Of a stretch of 64,000 nucleotides of DNA, positions 1 through 10,220 are shown one piece after another. The stretch covers positions 288,001 to 352,000 of the forward strand of contig CAWECG010000001.1 in the NCBI GenBank assembly GCA_963807605.1. The letters run 5' to 3'. The position numbers and the translations under genes are program-made. The DNA comes from Candidatus Bathyarchaeota archaeon (lineage in GTDB: Archaea > Thermoproteota > Bathyarchaeia > 40CM-2-53-6 > RBG-13-38-9). The notes beneath the pieces are model-generated. The model saw nothing but the letters and a program-made list of their open reading frames with translations. It was not told where the DNA came from and ran no database searches. Within the stretch, counting starts at the first letter, position 1. Each line of letters starts with the position of its first letter.

Positions 1-1005
1 GCTAGGAGAAGAGTTCTGCAGATCACTCAGGCGTATCTGCAGCGGGGCAAGTTCACAATGGCCAGACAGATCCGAATAACAACCAAGGGGTTCTTTGAGG
101 CTAATGATAAGGAGCTAAAGTTCAAGCGCGCGGAGCGGATTCGCAAGATCAGGACCAAGGTCTCTCAAGAGATCATACCAGACAAAGAGACTGTCTACAG
201 GATGGCCGGGGTCTTAACAAATCCGAGAGATCGTGCTATACTTCTTTGCTTGTTTCAGAGCGGCGCCCGAGTTGGATGCCTGGTCAACTGGACCGTAGGG
301 CTGGTGCGTGACCAACTCTATCCGAAGATAAAGATCCCAGTCAGACTGAGGATAACGAACAAGATTGATACGAAGCTCACCGGCTACGGTCCAGGCTATT
401 ACTATGCTTTCCTGCAGGAAGAGGCGGCTGAGGCTCTGAGGACATATCTCGATCAGCGTCTGGGCACAGAGACAGAACCTGGACATAGTGCCCCTCTATT
501 CACGCCGATAGCCAAGCATGCTAGGAAGAACGTTACTGATGAGGCCCGCATCTTAGGCATCATCAAGAAATCTGCCAAGCGGATAGGCCTAGATTCCAAA
601 AACATTTGGACCCACTGTCTGAGAAAGACCTTCAGCAAGATCCTTAACGCTTCTGATATCGATGAGGACACCAAGGAAGCCCTAATGGGTCATACTCTGC
701 CAGGAAGCCGGGGCAGCTACTTTGACATGCATGACATTGATGAGATAGCTACAAAATACATGAAAGCCAACTTCAGCTCAAGACTCGATGTGATGGCAGA
801 ACTAGAACAGAGGGACCGAACTATACAGGAACTGCATCAAAGACTCGCCCAGTACGAGACACAGATGAAACGCCTCACCAGACTGAGCGACGAAGAGATA
901 GAAGCAGTACGAAAACTGATCGCCACCAAAAAAGCGCAAAATGAAAACACACAACCAGAAACCTACCCAATCAGCAGTTCAAATTCGGCTATTCTCACCA
1001 GCTAA
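1..1005 (+). CDS. Tyrosine recombinase/integrase (frame open to the window start, probably 5'-truncated)
   Basis: RDRAILLCLFQSGAR (box I Arg), HCLRK (HxxR), LMGH and downstream Tyr (GSYFD); coiled-coil C-terminus; no stop in frame from base 1. Confidence 0.9.
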   Translation, partial: ARRRVLQITQAYLQRGKFTMARQIRITTKGFFEANDKELKFKRAERIRKIRTKVSQEIIPDKETVYRMAGVLTNPRDRAILLCLFQSGARVGCLVNWTVGLVRDQLYPKIKIPVRLRITNKIDTKLTGYGPGYYYAFLQEEAAEALRTYLDQRLGTETEPGHSAPLFTPIAKHARKNVTDEARILGIIKKSAKRIGLDSKNIWTHCLRKTFSKILNASDIDEDTKEALMGHTLPGSRGSYFDMHDIDEIATKYMKANFSSRLDVMAELEQRDRTIQELHQRLAQYETQMKRLTRLSDEEIEAVRKLIATKKAQNENTQPETYPISSSNSAILTS

Positions 1006-1307
1006 GGGGGGATATAGGTAATTTGACTCTTTGGCGGGGATCGTGGAAGTCGGTTTTTCGACGTGTACATCCACGAAGACATTTCTGAGATAATGTTAGC
1101 TTGCGTGGGCTCGCCAGTTATGACGCACACAAAAGGATATCAACAACCCTAGGTACATGTGCGCCTAATCTTGATTTATCAGCTCTCGAGCTACTCGTCG
1201 ACTGATAGGTCCTACAGGAACGTTGGTGACAACTTTTTGCGCAAAAAGATTGATCGCTGTGTGAATCCGTCTAACAAAAAAGAAAAAAGAAAAAGGGGAA
1301 GTGTGGC

Positions 1308-2705
1308 CTACTTAATTGTAGACCATTTTGCCATCGGATATCTCAGCGGCGACCTCTCAACCGGGTAGACACAGACTGGCTTCCCATCCTGCCACTGAAG
1401 AATTGACATCTTGTGACCTGTCTGCCAGCCTGTCACCGGGTCAAATGCAATGTCACCGAAGAAATCGGTGAATTTCACAGCACTGACAGCCTGTCTCATC
1501 GCATCAGAGTCCAGCGGGTTACTACATTTCTCCATCGCAGCTTGCAGGATAAGACCCTGCGTGAAACCCGTCCCCGACGTGTACCCAGGCGGTTTGCCTC
1601 CGGAGAGAACGTTGTATTGTGAAACGAACCAGTCTTCCGTCGGTCCATAATTCTCTGGATAATCCTCTCCTACAACCCACTGAGTTATAGAGACCTGGTC
1701 TTCACCATACTTGGGGCCTAGTCCATCGTAGAATGACTGATACACCGCTCCTGTACCACAGTACAGCATTGACAGATCCAGCCCGATCTCCCGAACACCC
1801 TTTGCAACTAGGGGTGCTTTAACGCCGGCTTCGAATAGAAGAATCGTTGGGTTAGCTGCTTTGACCCTTGTAAGTACCGGGGTAAAATCTGTTGAGTCAA
1901 AAGACACCTTCTCAGTGAAGACTATGTTAAGCTGAGATTGCTTCTGCGCATACGCAAGACCATATGTTCCAGCTACGTTTCCAAATGCGTCGTCGGTGTA
2001 AACTATCGCTACGTTCTTTGCAGTAGGATCGTTGGGTAGGACCTTGCTGATGATCATGTCGTTTAGGCTGTTCAGATACTCGCTTCCGTTAGTCTGCACC
2101 ATCATGCAATATTTCCAGTTCTTCCACAGCGTCGGGTCAAAGGTAGACTCTCCCCATATCTCTAGTTTATGATACTTCTCCACAGCAGCAACCGTTGCTT
2201 GGCCAAGAGGCCCCCAAACAGGGCCCACCAGGAAGTCGACTTTATCCTGGCTGATCAGTTGCTCATAGAATCTGCTGACATTCTCAGGCTTTGACTCATC
2301 ATTGTAGATATCCAAATCGACCATGTACGTGTTTCCGTCTCCGGCCTTTATCCCACCTTGAGCGTTGACCCAACTATTCGCCCAGATTGTCAACCCACGA
2401 TCTTCATCTATACCAAATAGAGACACAACACCGGTTAGAGGCTTAGTTCCACCAATTTTCACTTTCAGTTGCTGGCCGCCAGTGCTTGTCATAGTGGGAG
2501 TTGCAGATGACTTAATGGCACTTGGGGTCACAGGCTTTCCGTAAAACTGGTAAGCGCCATATCCAGCAGCAGCTATCACACCCACAGCAACAATGCCGCC
2601 AGCGTATTTCAGATAGGCACGTCTAGTAATCTTCTTCTTTTCTTCAGTCGTCTTCTCTTCAACCTTCTTTTCTTCGCTAGGTTTTTCTTCACTCAAATTG
2701 AACAC
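1308..2705 (-). CDS. Branched-chain amino acid-type ABC substrate-binding protein with Tat signal
   Basis: TRRAYLK twin-arginine motif plus hydrophobic helix; KIGGTKPLTG, VDFLVGP and DFTPVL motifs of the LivJ-like family. Confidence 0.85.
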   Translation of the reverse strand: MFNLSEEKPSEEKKVEEKTTEEKKKITRRAYLKYAGGIVAVGVIAAAGYGAYQFYGKPVTPSAIKSSATPTMTSTGGQQLKVKIGGTKPLTGVVSLFGIDEDRGLTIWANSWVNAQGGIKAGDGNTYMVDLDIYNDESKPENVSRFYEQLISQDKVDFLVGPVWGPLGQATVAAVEKYHKLEIWGESTFDPTLWKNWKYCMMVQTNGSEYLNSLNDMIISKVLPNDPTAKNVAIVYTDDAFGNVAGTYGLAYAQKQSQLNIVFTEKVSFDSTDFTPVLTRVKAANPTILLFEAGVKAPLVAKGVREIGLDLSMLYCGTGAVYQSFYDGLGPKYGEDQVSITQWVVGEDYPENYGPTEDWFVSQYNVLSGGKPPGYTSGTGFTQGLILQAAMEKCSNPLDSDAMRQAVSAVKFTDFFGDIAFDPVTGWQTGHKMSILQWQDGKPVCVYPVERSPLRYPMAKWSTIK

Positions 2706-2930
2706 CAGGACTATTAGGTAAGAAATGTCATGCTTATACGTCTAACTCATGCCTGGATCCCTTCTCCTAGTAAGGCATCCAGTCCTCAATGTTAAGTCTA
2801 GAATGTGAACCCTGATTACCAAGGAGATCGAGAAGGACGGTATGAACAATGGCTCGCTATCGCCCGGCTAGAGAGCATGATTCTGTCGTCTTACGTGTAT
2901 AACCAATTGTTGATACGCGCGCAAATGGTG

Positions 2931-3737
2931 TCATCCTATCCTGAAGCATCTCATGGATATGGAGCCGTACTGAAACCCTTCGTAGGTGAATGTTACTGGT
3001 TCGTCCTTCTGCTGCAGCGCGATCACGTATATCATTGGCAGGTAATGTTCGAGTGTTGGCACCGCGTATGAAGCCACCCTGCCCATGCTCTCACAGTTCA
3101 TTAAGTCTTTGTGATTCCTGTCGATTAGATTGGTCTTCGTCTTTTCATCAAATTCGACAGCCCAATCGTAGGGCTCGGCGTCAATGTCACTGGAATCGAT
3201 CAATCGGAGATTGTGTACAATGTTACCGCTACCCATAATCAAGACTCCATTTTTTCTAAATTCGACAAGTTGAGACGCTAAATCGTAGTGATACTGCAAT
3301 GGTTTGGGGTTCCAATCATTGAATGAATAGTCTAGGCTCATCTCAAATACGGGGAGGTCAGCTTTGGGGTAGATATGTTTCAGAATGGCCCATGAAGCAT
3401 GATCCAGTCCCCAATCAGTGTCACAGTCGATCTTCACCATCTTTACTGATCTAATAACCGATTTCGCATAGTTTGGAGCGCCAAGGCTTGGATAGTTAAT
3501 CTTGTACAATTCTTTAGGGAATCCGTAGAAATCGTGGATTGTTCTAGGCTTTTCCATGCAGGTAACGTAAGTTCCTTCCGTCAGCCAGTGCGCTGAAATT
3601 ACTAGTATTGCTCGTGGCTTCGGCAGGCTTCTGCCCAACTCTGCCAGACTATTCGTGAAGTCGTTTCTCTGAACTATGTTCATGGGAGAGCCGTGGCCTA
3701 CGAAGAGAACAGGCATTGATTTATCGTTCAAGATCAT
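2931..3737 (-). CDS. ygiD: 4,5-DOPA extradiol dioxygenase (LigB family)
   Basis: MPVLFVGHGSPMN, ISAHW, TIHDFYGFP, GLDH, GSGNIVHNL, PTLEHYLP. Confidence 0.9.
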   Translation of the reverse strand: MILNDKSMPVLFVGHGSPMNIVQRNDFTNSLAELGRSLPKPRAILVISAHWLTEGTYVTCMEKPRTIHDFYGFPKELYKINYPSLGAPNYAKSVIRSVKMVKIDCDTDWGLDHASWAILKHIYPKADLPVFEMSLDYSFNDWNPKPLQYHYDLASQLVEFRKNGVLIMGSGNIVHNLRLIDSSDIDAEPYDWAVEFDEKTKTNLIDRNHKDLMNCESMGRVASYAVPTLEHYLPMIYVIALQQKDEPVTFTYEGFQYGSISMRCFRIG

Positions 3738-3828
3738 TCTACCATTCTCGGACTTCTAGATCAAGCGTTAGAAAGCCCCTCTTACAGGGGTGAACGCATA
3801 CGCGTTCGTATTGATAATCGCAGACTTG

Positions 3829-5094
3829 TTATCTTGCCAGATTTCCTAGGACGTCGAACACCATGTCTCTTGCTTCACTTACAACTTTTACCTTCTTTAG
3901 TTCGGGGTTTTGGTCGATTTCTTGTCTAAGAGCCTCTGATATCAGGAATCTCTCCAGTTCAAGAGTGTTTTTGATTAAAACTATTTTGGCTTTCTTCTGA
4001 TCTTTGACGCCTGCTATTCTCAATCCCATTAGTATAGCATCCCTATCGCACGATAGGAAGGTGGGTATTTTGCTTGCTTCAACCCACCCTGATGTCAAGG
4101 TGTTGACGAAAGTCTTCTCAAAATCTATCTTGTCAAATAGTCTTCTTGTCGTTAAGTCAGCCCCGCCCAAACCCGTAGCGTTACCTTCACTATCAGTGGT
4201 CAAGTCGAGTACGACAATCTTCCCTACTTTCGGGGCCTGAGGTTCATGCTCAGTCGGGACGTAGAATCTGCCAGTAACGTTTGGATCCATCCCCGCGCCG
4301 CTAATCTCCTTTCCGATTTCATCAATAACTAAGAGGTCTATCTCTTTGAATGGTATTCTGGCTAAGTATCTCTTTGAAATTCTTTGGAGTTCGATCTCTT
4401 CTTCAATTATTCTTTCAGGTGGAATAGCCTTGATGATGGCGGTTTCGTGATAGCCATTCTCCACGATTGCTAATCCACATATTATCTTCGTCTTCCCCAG
4501 TATTATCTTAGCCATCTTCACTAGCATCTTGTGGTAGCCATCTGCAAGGAAGGAATGTAATGATTCAGCGCCTTTCTGTTTTCCCAGGCCGATGACCATC
4601 ATCTTGGCTAGCCCGCTTTCAATCTCATCTTTGAAGTCTGTATGTGGTTTGACCCTGTTCACTACTACTATTCCATCTGCCTTGTGAGCATCCCTGCTCA
4701 TGTATACGGCAGTTCCATCCTCAAGATGGCCGATAACATCCACTTCCAAGGAGGAGACTATAGGTGCGCCAACGTGTTCAGGCGTTATTCCATAATTTGC
4801 TAAGAGTTCAACTTGGCCTTCCGGCGTTGCACCGCCGTGACTTCCCATGGCTGGGACAATAAATGGCTTTCCACCACACTTCTTAACTTCCTCGACGACC
4901 GCGGCGATTATGTCAACAATATTGGCGATACCTCTACTGCCAGCAGTTATGACAATACTATCCCCTGGCTTTATCCTTGAATGGAGATTAAGGGTATGGC
5001 GGACTTCATCTTTGACATTCTGAATTTTAACAGAAATAAGCTCCTGCTCAACTTCAAACATTTTAGGTAGACTGGCAGGATCAGACATAAACAT
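3829..5094 (-). CDS. Lactate racemase (LarA N-terminal)/DUF362-like protein
   Basis: ITAGSRGIANI, PAMGSHGGATPEGQ, NRVKPHTDF, GKEISGAGMDPNV. Confidence 0.75.
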   Translation of the reverse strand: MFMSDPASLPKMFEVEQELISVKIQNVKDEVRHTLNLHSRIKPGDSIVITAGSRGIANIVDIIAAVVEEVKKCGGKPFIVPAMGSHGGATPEGQVELLANYGITPEHVGAPIVSSLEVDVIGHLEDGTAVYMSRDAHKADGIVVVNRVKPHTDFKDEIESGLAKMMVIGLGKQKGAESLHSFLADGYHKMLVKMAKIILGKTKIICGLAIVENGYHETAIIKAIPPERIIEEEIELQRISKRYLARIPFKEIDLLVIDEIGKEISGAGMDPNVTGRFYVPTEHEPQAPKVGKIVVLDLTTDSEGNATGLGGADLTTRRLFDKIDFEKTFVNTLTSGWVEASKIPTFLSCDRDAILMGLRIAGVKDQKKAKIVLIKNTLELERFLISEALRQEIDQNPELKKVKVVSEARDMVFDVLGNLAR

Positions 5095-5238
5095 CAGACC
5101 AATATTGGTTGCCTATAAGGTTTAGACTGAGATCGAACAGGACACTTACTCTCGTCTCTTGCACAGAGATAGGACTTTAGGCTGATCAGATGCGAGCCTA
5201 CGCTATGACCCTGATTACTGCCACGATACTGCAAGTCC

Positions 5239-6009
5239 TCAGACACTTATTGAGAAGCCCCCGTCCACTGGCAGGGCTACACCTGTTACGAAGTCAGACG
5301 CGCGGCTCGCCAGGAAAATGGCTGCACCCTTTATGTCTTCAGGCTCACCCCAACGTTTAGCAGGTGTGCGAACCAGCACTCGCTCATTTAGGCCAGGAAC
5401 ATCCTTTCTCAGTGCTACAGTCAGATCAGTGTTGATGTATCCCGGCAAGATTGCATTCACCTGAATATTGTCCGGTGCCCATGCGACCGCAAGGCTGCGC
5501 GTGAGTTGCACAATTCCTCCTTTGCTTGCTCCATATGCTGGAGCCTTAGACATTCCAAGAATTGATAGCACTGAGCCAATGTTGATGATCTTTCCTCCCC
5601 CTGTTTTTTTCATAATTGGATAAACCTCCTTCGAAATCAAGAACGCGCTGCGAAGGTTGATGTTAAGAACCTCATCCCACTCTGCTGCCGAAAGGTCCTG
5701 TGGCAGCTTTCGGATGTTCGTTCCGGCGTTATTCACCAGAATATCGATCCGCCCGAATTTATCAAGTACCTGCTTCACCATAAGCCGGATGTGTTCCTCT
5801 TGCTGCACATCAACTTGGATGCCAAGGACTCTTACACCAAACTCGTCTATGATTTCGCGCGTGACTTTCGCTGTTTTGTCTTGGTTCCTTGCCGCTATGA
5901 CAATTTGGCTCCCGACCTCAGCAAACCCTCGAGCAATTCCCCTACCTATGCCTCCATTGCCCCCCGTTACGATAGCTACCTTATCCTTTAGGCTAAACAG
6001 ATCTTCCAT
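5239..6009 (-). CDS. Short-chain dehydrogenase/reductase (KduD/gluconate dehydrogenase-like)
   Basis: TGGNGGIG, NNAG, YGASK catalytic motif, VDGG. Confidence 0.9.
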   Translation of the reverse strand: MEDLFSLKDKVAIVTGGNGGIGRGIARGFAEVGSQIVIAARNQDKTAKVTREIIDEFGVRVLGIQVDVQQEEHIRLMVKQVLDKFGRIDILVNNAGTNIRKLPQDLSAAEWDEVLNINLRSAFLISKEVYPIMKKTGGGKIINIGSVLSILGMSKAPAYGASKGGIVQLTRSLAVAWAPDNIQVNAILPGYINTDLTVALRKDVPGLNERVLVRTPAKRWGEPEDIKGAAIFLASRASDFVTGVALPVDGGFSISV

Positions 6010-6090
6010 GTTTCTCTCCGACTGGAAATGTGGATGCTTCGGATATAATTCTATAGCACGCTTCGCCTTTGGAAATCACCATTATAGGTT

Positions 6091-6100
6091 GGCGCGCTAG
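6091..6100. repeat. Intergenic GCGCGCTAG palindrome copy
   Basis: ggcgcgctag; an inverted degenerate copy, gctagcgcac, lies at 6341-6350. Confidence 0.6.
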
Positions 6101-6369
6101 CCCCGGGAGCCTCTCGATCTGAGTAAGATGAAAGACGAAAGTTACACCTTTTCTTTTTTTACCGTCTCAGCAGCACGGCTACTCTGCACGCTGACCTCTT
6201 GAGACAGAGAGGGGTTTCCCGGGTGTCAATGGCACTTTAAAATTTGAACAGTATTTAGCGGGTGTTTGTGGTTGCTAAGGGGCAGGCTTCCTTCTCCTCG
6301 TTACATTCACGATCAGGATAGCGACGCGCGGGTTCTAAAGGCTAGCGCACACGATATCGCAGACTGCGG

Positions 6370-7572
6370 TCACGGCTTTGTGAAGTTCGCGATGAAATAT
6401 CCTGTGCCATGCAAATTAGGATCAAATCTCTGCAACGAAGAAGCGGCATCTCCAAAACTCTTCATGCCCTCTCCTCCCAAACGGATCTTTTGATCGGTGA
6501 GTCTCAATCCGAGTTCCTCAACACCATATCGTGCGACATCTTCACATTCCTGCTTAGTGATAGTACAGACACTATACACTATGGAACCACGATCTTTCAC
6601 TAATCTTGAAGCTGCGCCGAGAAATTGCTTTTGATAGGACGAAAGATCTTGAATTGCTTTTCTCGAGATTTCAACGTGGAGTTTAGGATTGAGTCCAAGT
6701 GCGCTGCACGGGGGATCGACTAGGCATTTGTCGGCTGTCAAATCAGGATAGTCAACATCAAGATATCTGGAGTCATGAGCGATCAATGTCACGTTCTGAC
6801 ATCCAAGCCGTTCAATGTTGTCTCTGGCGATCCTTATCTTTTTGGGATTCCGGTCAACCCCTATCAATTTGCCTTTGTTCTGCATAAGTTGGGAGATGTG
6901 TGAGAGTTTACCACCCGGTGAACAGTTTAAGTCGACAATGGTGTCTCCAGGCTTGGGGTCTAGTACTCGTGATGTGACCATGGCTGGCAGGGACTGTGGA
7001 TAGAAGAGGCCTTCCGAATATTCTTCACTCTCTCTCAGATTCAGGGTGGCGTAAATGGGAGAGGTGACCTCAACTGCAAGACCTCTTCTAAGGTTCAGAA
7101 TCTCCGTCTCATTCATTTGCATCCTACCAACGCCGACAACCTGACCATAAACATCGGTGATCTCAACCTCGTCGTTGCGTCTGAGTTTTGAGCAGTTCAT
7201 AACTGCTGGCGCATATAGGGGGGCGCCCTGAAGAACGGACTCGGCGGCAAACTTGTCGACAACAATTCTCTTCTTGACTTTAGGAATTTCGAATGGCCCT
7301 CTGAGAGGTGTGAAAACGGCCTCTTCAATTGGGTCAAACTGATAGATCTGATTACTCTTCATGCGGATCTTATTGATCAATTCTTTGGGGGAGATCTTTA
7401 GGGTGTTTACGCGTAAGAAATATCTCGGGTCTGGCCTCTTGAGTGATTGAATAACCTTCTCCACATCGTCCTTGTATACCTCTCGAAGTGCTTCAACCGA
7501 ATCGATTGAGAATAAATATGTATCCGCAAGTTCTCGCGAGAGATCTCCTGATTCTACAGATATCTCATGCAT
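6370..7572 (-). CDS. RsmB/NOP2/NSUN-family RNA m5C methyltransferase with PUA domain
   Basis: LRVNTLK, PUA region (AAESVLQGAPLYAPAV), SPGGKLSH, DPPCS and YSVCT catalytic cysteines. Confidence 0.9.
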   Translation of the reverse strand: MHEISVESGDLSRELADTYLFSIDSVEALREVYKDDVEKVIQSLKRPDPRYFLRVNTLKISPKELINKIRMKSNQIYQFDPIEEAVFTPLRGPFEIPKVKKRIVVDKFAAESVLQGAPLYAPAVMNCSKLRRNDEVEITDVYGQVVGVGRMQMNETEILNLRRGLAVEVTSPIYATLNLRESEEYSEGLFYPQSLPAMVTSRVLDPKPGDTIVDLNCSPGGKLSHISQLMQNKGKLIGVDRNPKKIRIARDNIERLGCQNVTLIAHDSRYLDVDYPDLTADKCLVDPPCSALGLNPKLHVEISRKAIQDLSSYQKQFLGAASRLVKDRGSIVYSVCTITKQECEDVARYGVEELGLRLTDQKIRLGGEGMKSFGDAASSLQRFDPNLHGTGYFIANFTKP

Positions 7573-7667
7573 TTGGGTACTCTCGTTGCGACCGGTAATC
7601 TGATCTGGTCTCTTGCCTTGGCAATTTTAATAAGTTTCGTGGTCTTCTGAGTTCTGGGGGTTCATAA

Positions 7668-8108
7668 TTGTCGCGTGTGGGCATACATAGCAAGGGCGAG
7701 CTTTCAATACAGAATTTGCTCGATTTCATAAGGGCCAATGAGAGATTCAACGAGGTGGGTGGAGTTGCCTGCTTCCTTGGATTCGTTAAAGGGTTCACGA
7801 ATGAAGATAAGAAGGTCACGAGTCTGGAGTTGGAAGCATATAAGGAAAGAGCTGAGGAGACCTTCAGTCAGATATCAGAGGATATCAAGACTCGTCCTGG
7901 AATTGTTGACTGTCTCATCCATCATGTCACTGGAAAACTGGATCTGGGAGATTTGATCTTCGTAGTCATGGTAGCTGGAAGATCTAGGAAGGACGTATTT
8001 CCTGCACTGGTTGAGGCAGTCGAACGGGCGAAAAGAGAGGCCGCTATATGGAAAAAGGAGAGTCTGACTACTGGTGAATCTTACTGGGTCGAGTATGGTA
8101 AAGAATAG
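7668..8108 (+). CDS. moaE: Molybdopterin synthase catalytic subunit
   Basis: GGVACFLGFVK, LELEAY, HHVTGKL, AIWKKE. Confidence 0.88.
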   Translation: MSRVGIHSKGELSIQNLLDFIRANERFNEVGGVACFLGFVKGFTNEDKKVTSLELEAYKERAEETFSQISEDIKTRPGIVDCLIHHVTGKLDLGDLIFVVMVAGRSRKDVFPALVEAVERAKREAAIWKKESLTTGESYWVEYGKE

Positions 8109-8144
8109 AAAAAGGGATGACGCACTAAGCGTCATCTAATCGTT

Positions 8145-8654
8145 CTAGTATCTTCTTCTGGAGCCGAACCTTCTGTAGCCGCCTCTTCCTCCTTCTCTAC
8201 GGTCGTCTCCACCTCCGCCGTATCGTGGCCTGAAAGAGTCGTAACGCCGTTCCTGCTCAAACTGCTTGTCAGAGAGGTTATTTGTCGTATTCACGGTTGA
8301 GATGGGCTGGCTTGAAGGTGTTAGGGTTCCATACCTGCCTATGTTCAGACGCATCGAACCTTTGAAGAGGGAGATATAGCCATTCTTAATGTCTATAGTT
8401 GTTTCCTCCTTCACGTTCTCGATGTTGTCATCCCAAAGCGTCAGGTATATTGCGCCTGTCTCGTCACCCGCAAGTGCATCCGTCACTTTGTGAACAGTAC
8501 CATCTCTTCTTGAGATGGTCTCTCTAACTGGACTCTTCGAGACAACTTTGACGGTAGTATTGACTTGTCTCGAATTTGGGGTTAGTTTCTCTACTTTTAC
8601 GATTTCTGCAGGTTGGGAACCTGCTGGGGTTTCTGGATTTTCATCAAATGACAT
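8145..8654 (-). CDS. ssb: Single-OB-fold single-stranded DNA-binding protein (crenarchaeal type)
   Basis: GDETGAIYLTLW, NGYISLFKG, LNIGRYG; Arg/Gly-rich tail. Confidence 0.85.
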   Translation of the reverse strand: MSFDENPETPAGSQPAEIVKVEKLTPNSRQVNTTVKVVSKSPVRETISRRDGTVHKVTDALAGDETGAIYLTLWDDNIENVKEETTIDIKNGYISLFKGSMRLNIGRYGTLTPSSQPISTVNTTNNLSDKQFEQERRYDSFRPRYGGGGDDRREGGRGGYRRFGSRRRY

Positions 8655-8757
8655 CTTGTTTACTCTCGCTCAACAGGAGACCTCTGAATATCCACGATGC
8701 TCTTAAGAGTTTTCATACTGGAGAATCTCACCAGAAAAATCGGCGTTGTGGCGGATT

Positions 8758-10212
8758 TTAATCGATACTAGCCTGAATAGCCTTCAGTTTGTCTCTTATC
8801 AGAGTATTTGCTAGATGAGGATCAGCCTTGTCTTGGGTCTCTTTCATCAACTGACCTACAAGGAATCGTACCGCCTTCTCGTCTTTGATTGCGTCCCTTA
8901 CAGCTTTGGGATTTGAGGTGAATATCTTCTCTGTAAGTTGTTGCAGGTACTCTCTGTCGGTGATTCTCCTCATCTTTTCTTCTTCGATTATATGTTCCGG
9001 CGATTTTCCTGTGGTTAACATCTTCTTGAGGATCTCTTTGCCTATCTTCCCACTTATGGTTCCGTCATCAATGAGCTTGAGCATTCTGACAATATGTTCA
9101 GGCGTAATCCCAGCATCTCGCAGTTCGAGATCCATTTCATAGAGGTATGAGAGAAGGTCACCTACCAGCCAATTGCTGAGTAAATCAGGTCTCTTGTAAT
9201 TCTTTGCGCATTCCTCAAAAAAGTCTGCAAGGTCCTTGTTTTCGGTGAGGATTTCTGCGTTCTGCAGAGATATGCCATACTGCGTCATTAATCGTTCCTT
9301 GTGACTTTCAGGGAGTTCAGGCATAGACAACTTCTGTTGCTCGATCTCTTCCCTTGTAACCAATACTGGAACGAGATCTGGCTCGGGGAAGTATCTGTAA
9401 TCTTCTTCCTCCTCCTTGACTCTCAGAGAGATTGTGATTCTTCTTGTCTCGTCCCAATGCCGGGTCTCTCGGCCTACGCGGAGGCCCTTCCTAACTAGAT
9501 TCCTTTGTCGTGTAATCTCGAAATTGAGTGCTCTCTCAACCTCCCTGAAGGAGGATATGTTCTTCACCTCAACCCTTGTGCCTCCTTCAATCGATATGTT
9601 CGCGTCGCACCTCATGGATCCTTCAAGATCGCCTCTAGAAACCTCAAGATGTTCAAGGATCGAACGCAATTTCTGGAGAAATCTTCTCGCCTCCCTCGGA
9701 GAATTCATGTCAGGCTCCGTCACGATCTCGGCTAAGGCTACCCCCGCCCTGTTATAGTCAACAAGAGCAGATCGTGAAGTCTCAATCGTTCCTTCATAAC
9801 TGAGTTTTCCGGGATCTTCCTCCAGTTGAAGTCTTGAGATGTGGACAATCCTCCCATCAAGTGTTATAGTCCCATTCTTGGCTATGGGGACGCCCCCAGC
9901 TCTATCGTACTGCGAGATCTGGAAGTTCTTGGGCATATCAGGATAGAAGTAGTTCTTTCTGTAGAAGACCGTTCTACTACTGACCTGCATATTCAATGCG
10001 AGGGCAATTAGGATGGCGTCCTCAACGGCTTTTCGATTCAGTACTGGCAGAGTTCCCGGCAGACCAAAACAGACCGGACAGAGATGCGTGTTCGGTTCGC
10101 TCTTCCTGTAATCTGCTGAACAGCTGCAGAAGAGTTTACTCTTGAGATTAGTGAGTTGACAGTGAACTTCAAGTCCGATCTTGGCCTTGAGATCAGTGAC
10201 CTCCAGCATCAT
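8758..10212 (-). CDS. gatB: Asp/Glu-tRNA amidotransferase subunit B
   Basis: IGLEVHCQL, RKNYFYPD, LEEDPGK, GSMRCDANIS, YRYFPEPDL. Confidence 0.97.
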   Translation of the reverse strand: MMLEVTDLKAKIGLEVHCQLTNLKSKLFCSCSADYRKSEPNTHLCPVCFGLPGTLPVLNRKAVEDAILIALALNMQVSSRTVFYRKNYFYPDMPKNFQISQYDRAGGVPIAKNGTITLDGRIVHISRLQLEEDPGKLSYEGTIETSRSALVDYNRAGVALAEIVTEPDMNSPREARRFLQKLRSILEHLEVSRGDLEGSMRCDANISIEGGTRVEVKNISSFREVERALNFEITRQRNLVRKGLRVGRETRHWDETRRITISLRVKEEEEDYRYFPEPDLVPVLVTREEIEQQKLSMPELPESHKERLMTQYGISLQNAEILTENKDLADFFEECAKNYKRPDLLSNWLVGDLLSYLYEMDLELRDAGITPEHIVRMLKLIDDGTISGKIGKEILKKMLTTGKSPEHIIEEEKMRRITDREYLQQLTEKIFTSNPKAVRDAIKDEKAVRFLVGQLMKETQDKADPHLANTLIRDKLKAIQASID

Positions 10213-10220
10213 TCATCTCT

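Noticed and set aside
1031-1053. TGGCGGGGA... as a reverse tRNA 3' end after the first integrase
   Set aside because: Too degenerate; no TTCGAA/TTCAAA loop.
3771-3810. Hairpins gcccct...agggg and gaacgc...gcgttc as an IS605 end
   Set aside because: The stems are short and lack the terminal motif seen at 41600.
6117-6145. CTGA...GAAA as a hammerhead ribozyme
   Set aside because: It lacks the CUGANGA core and a proper stem II.
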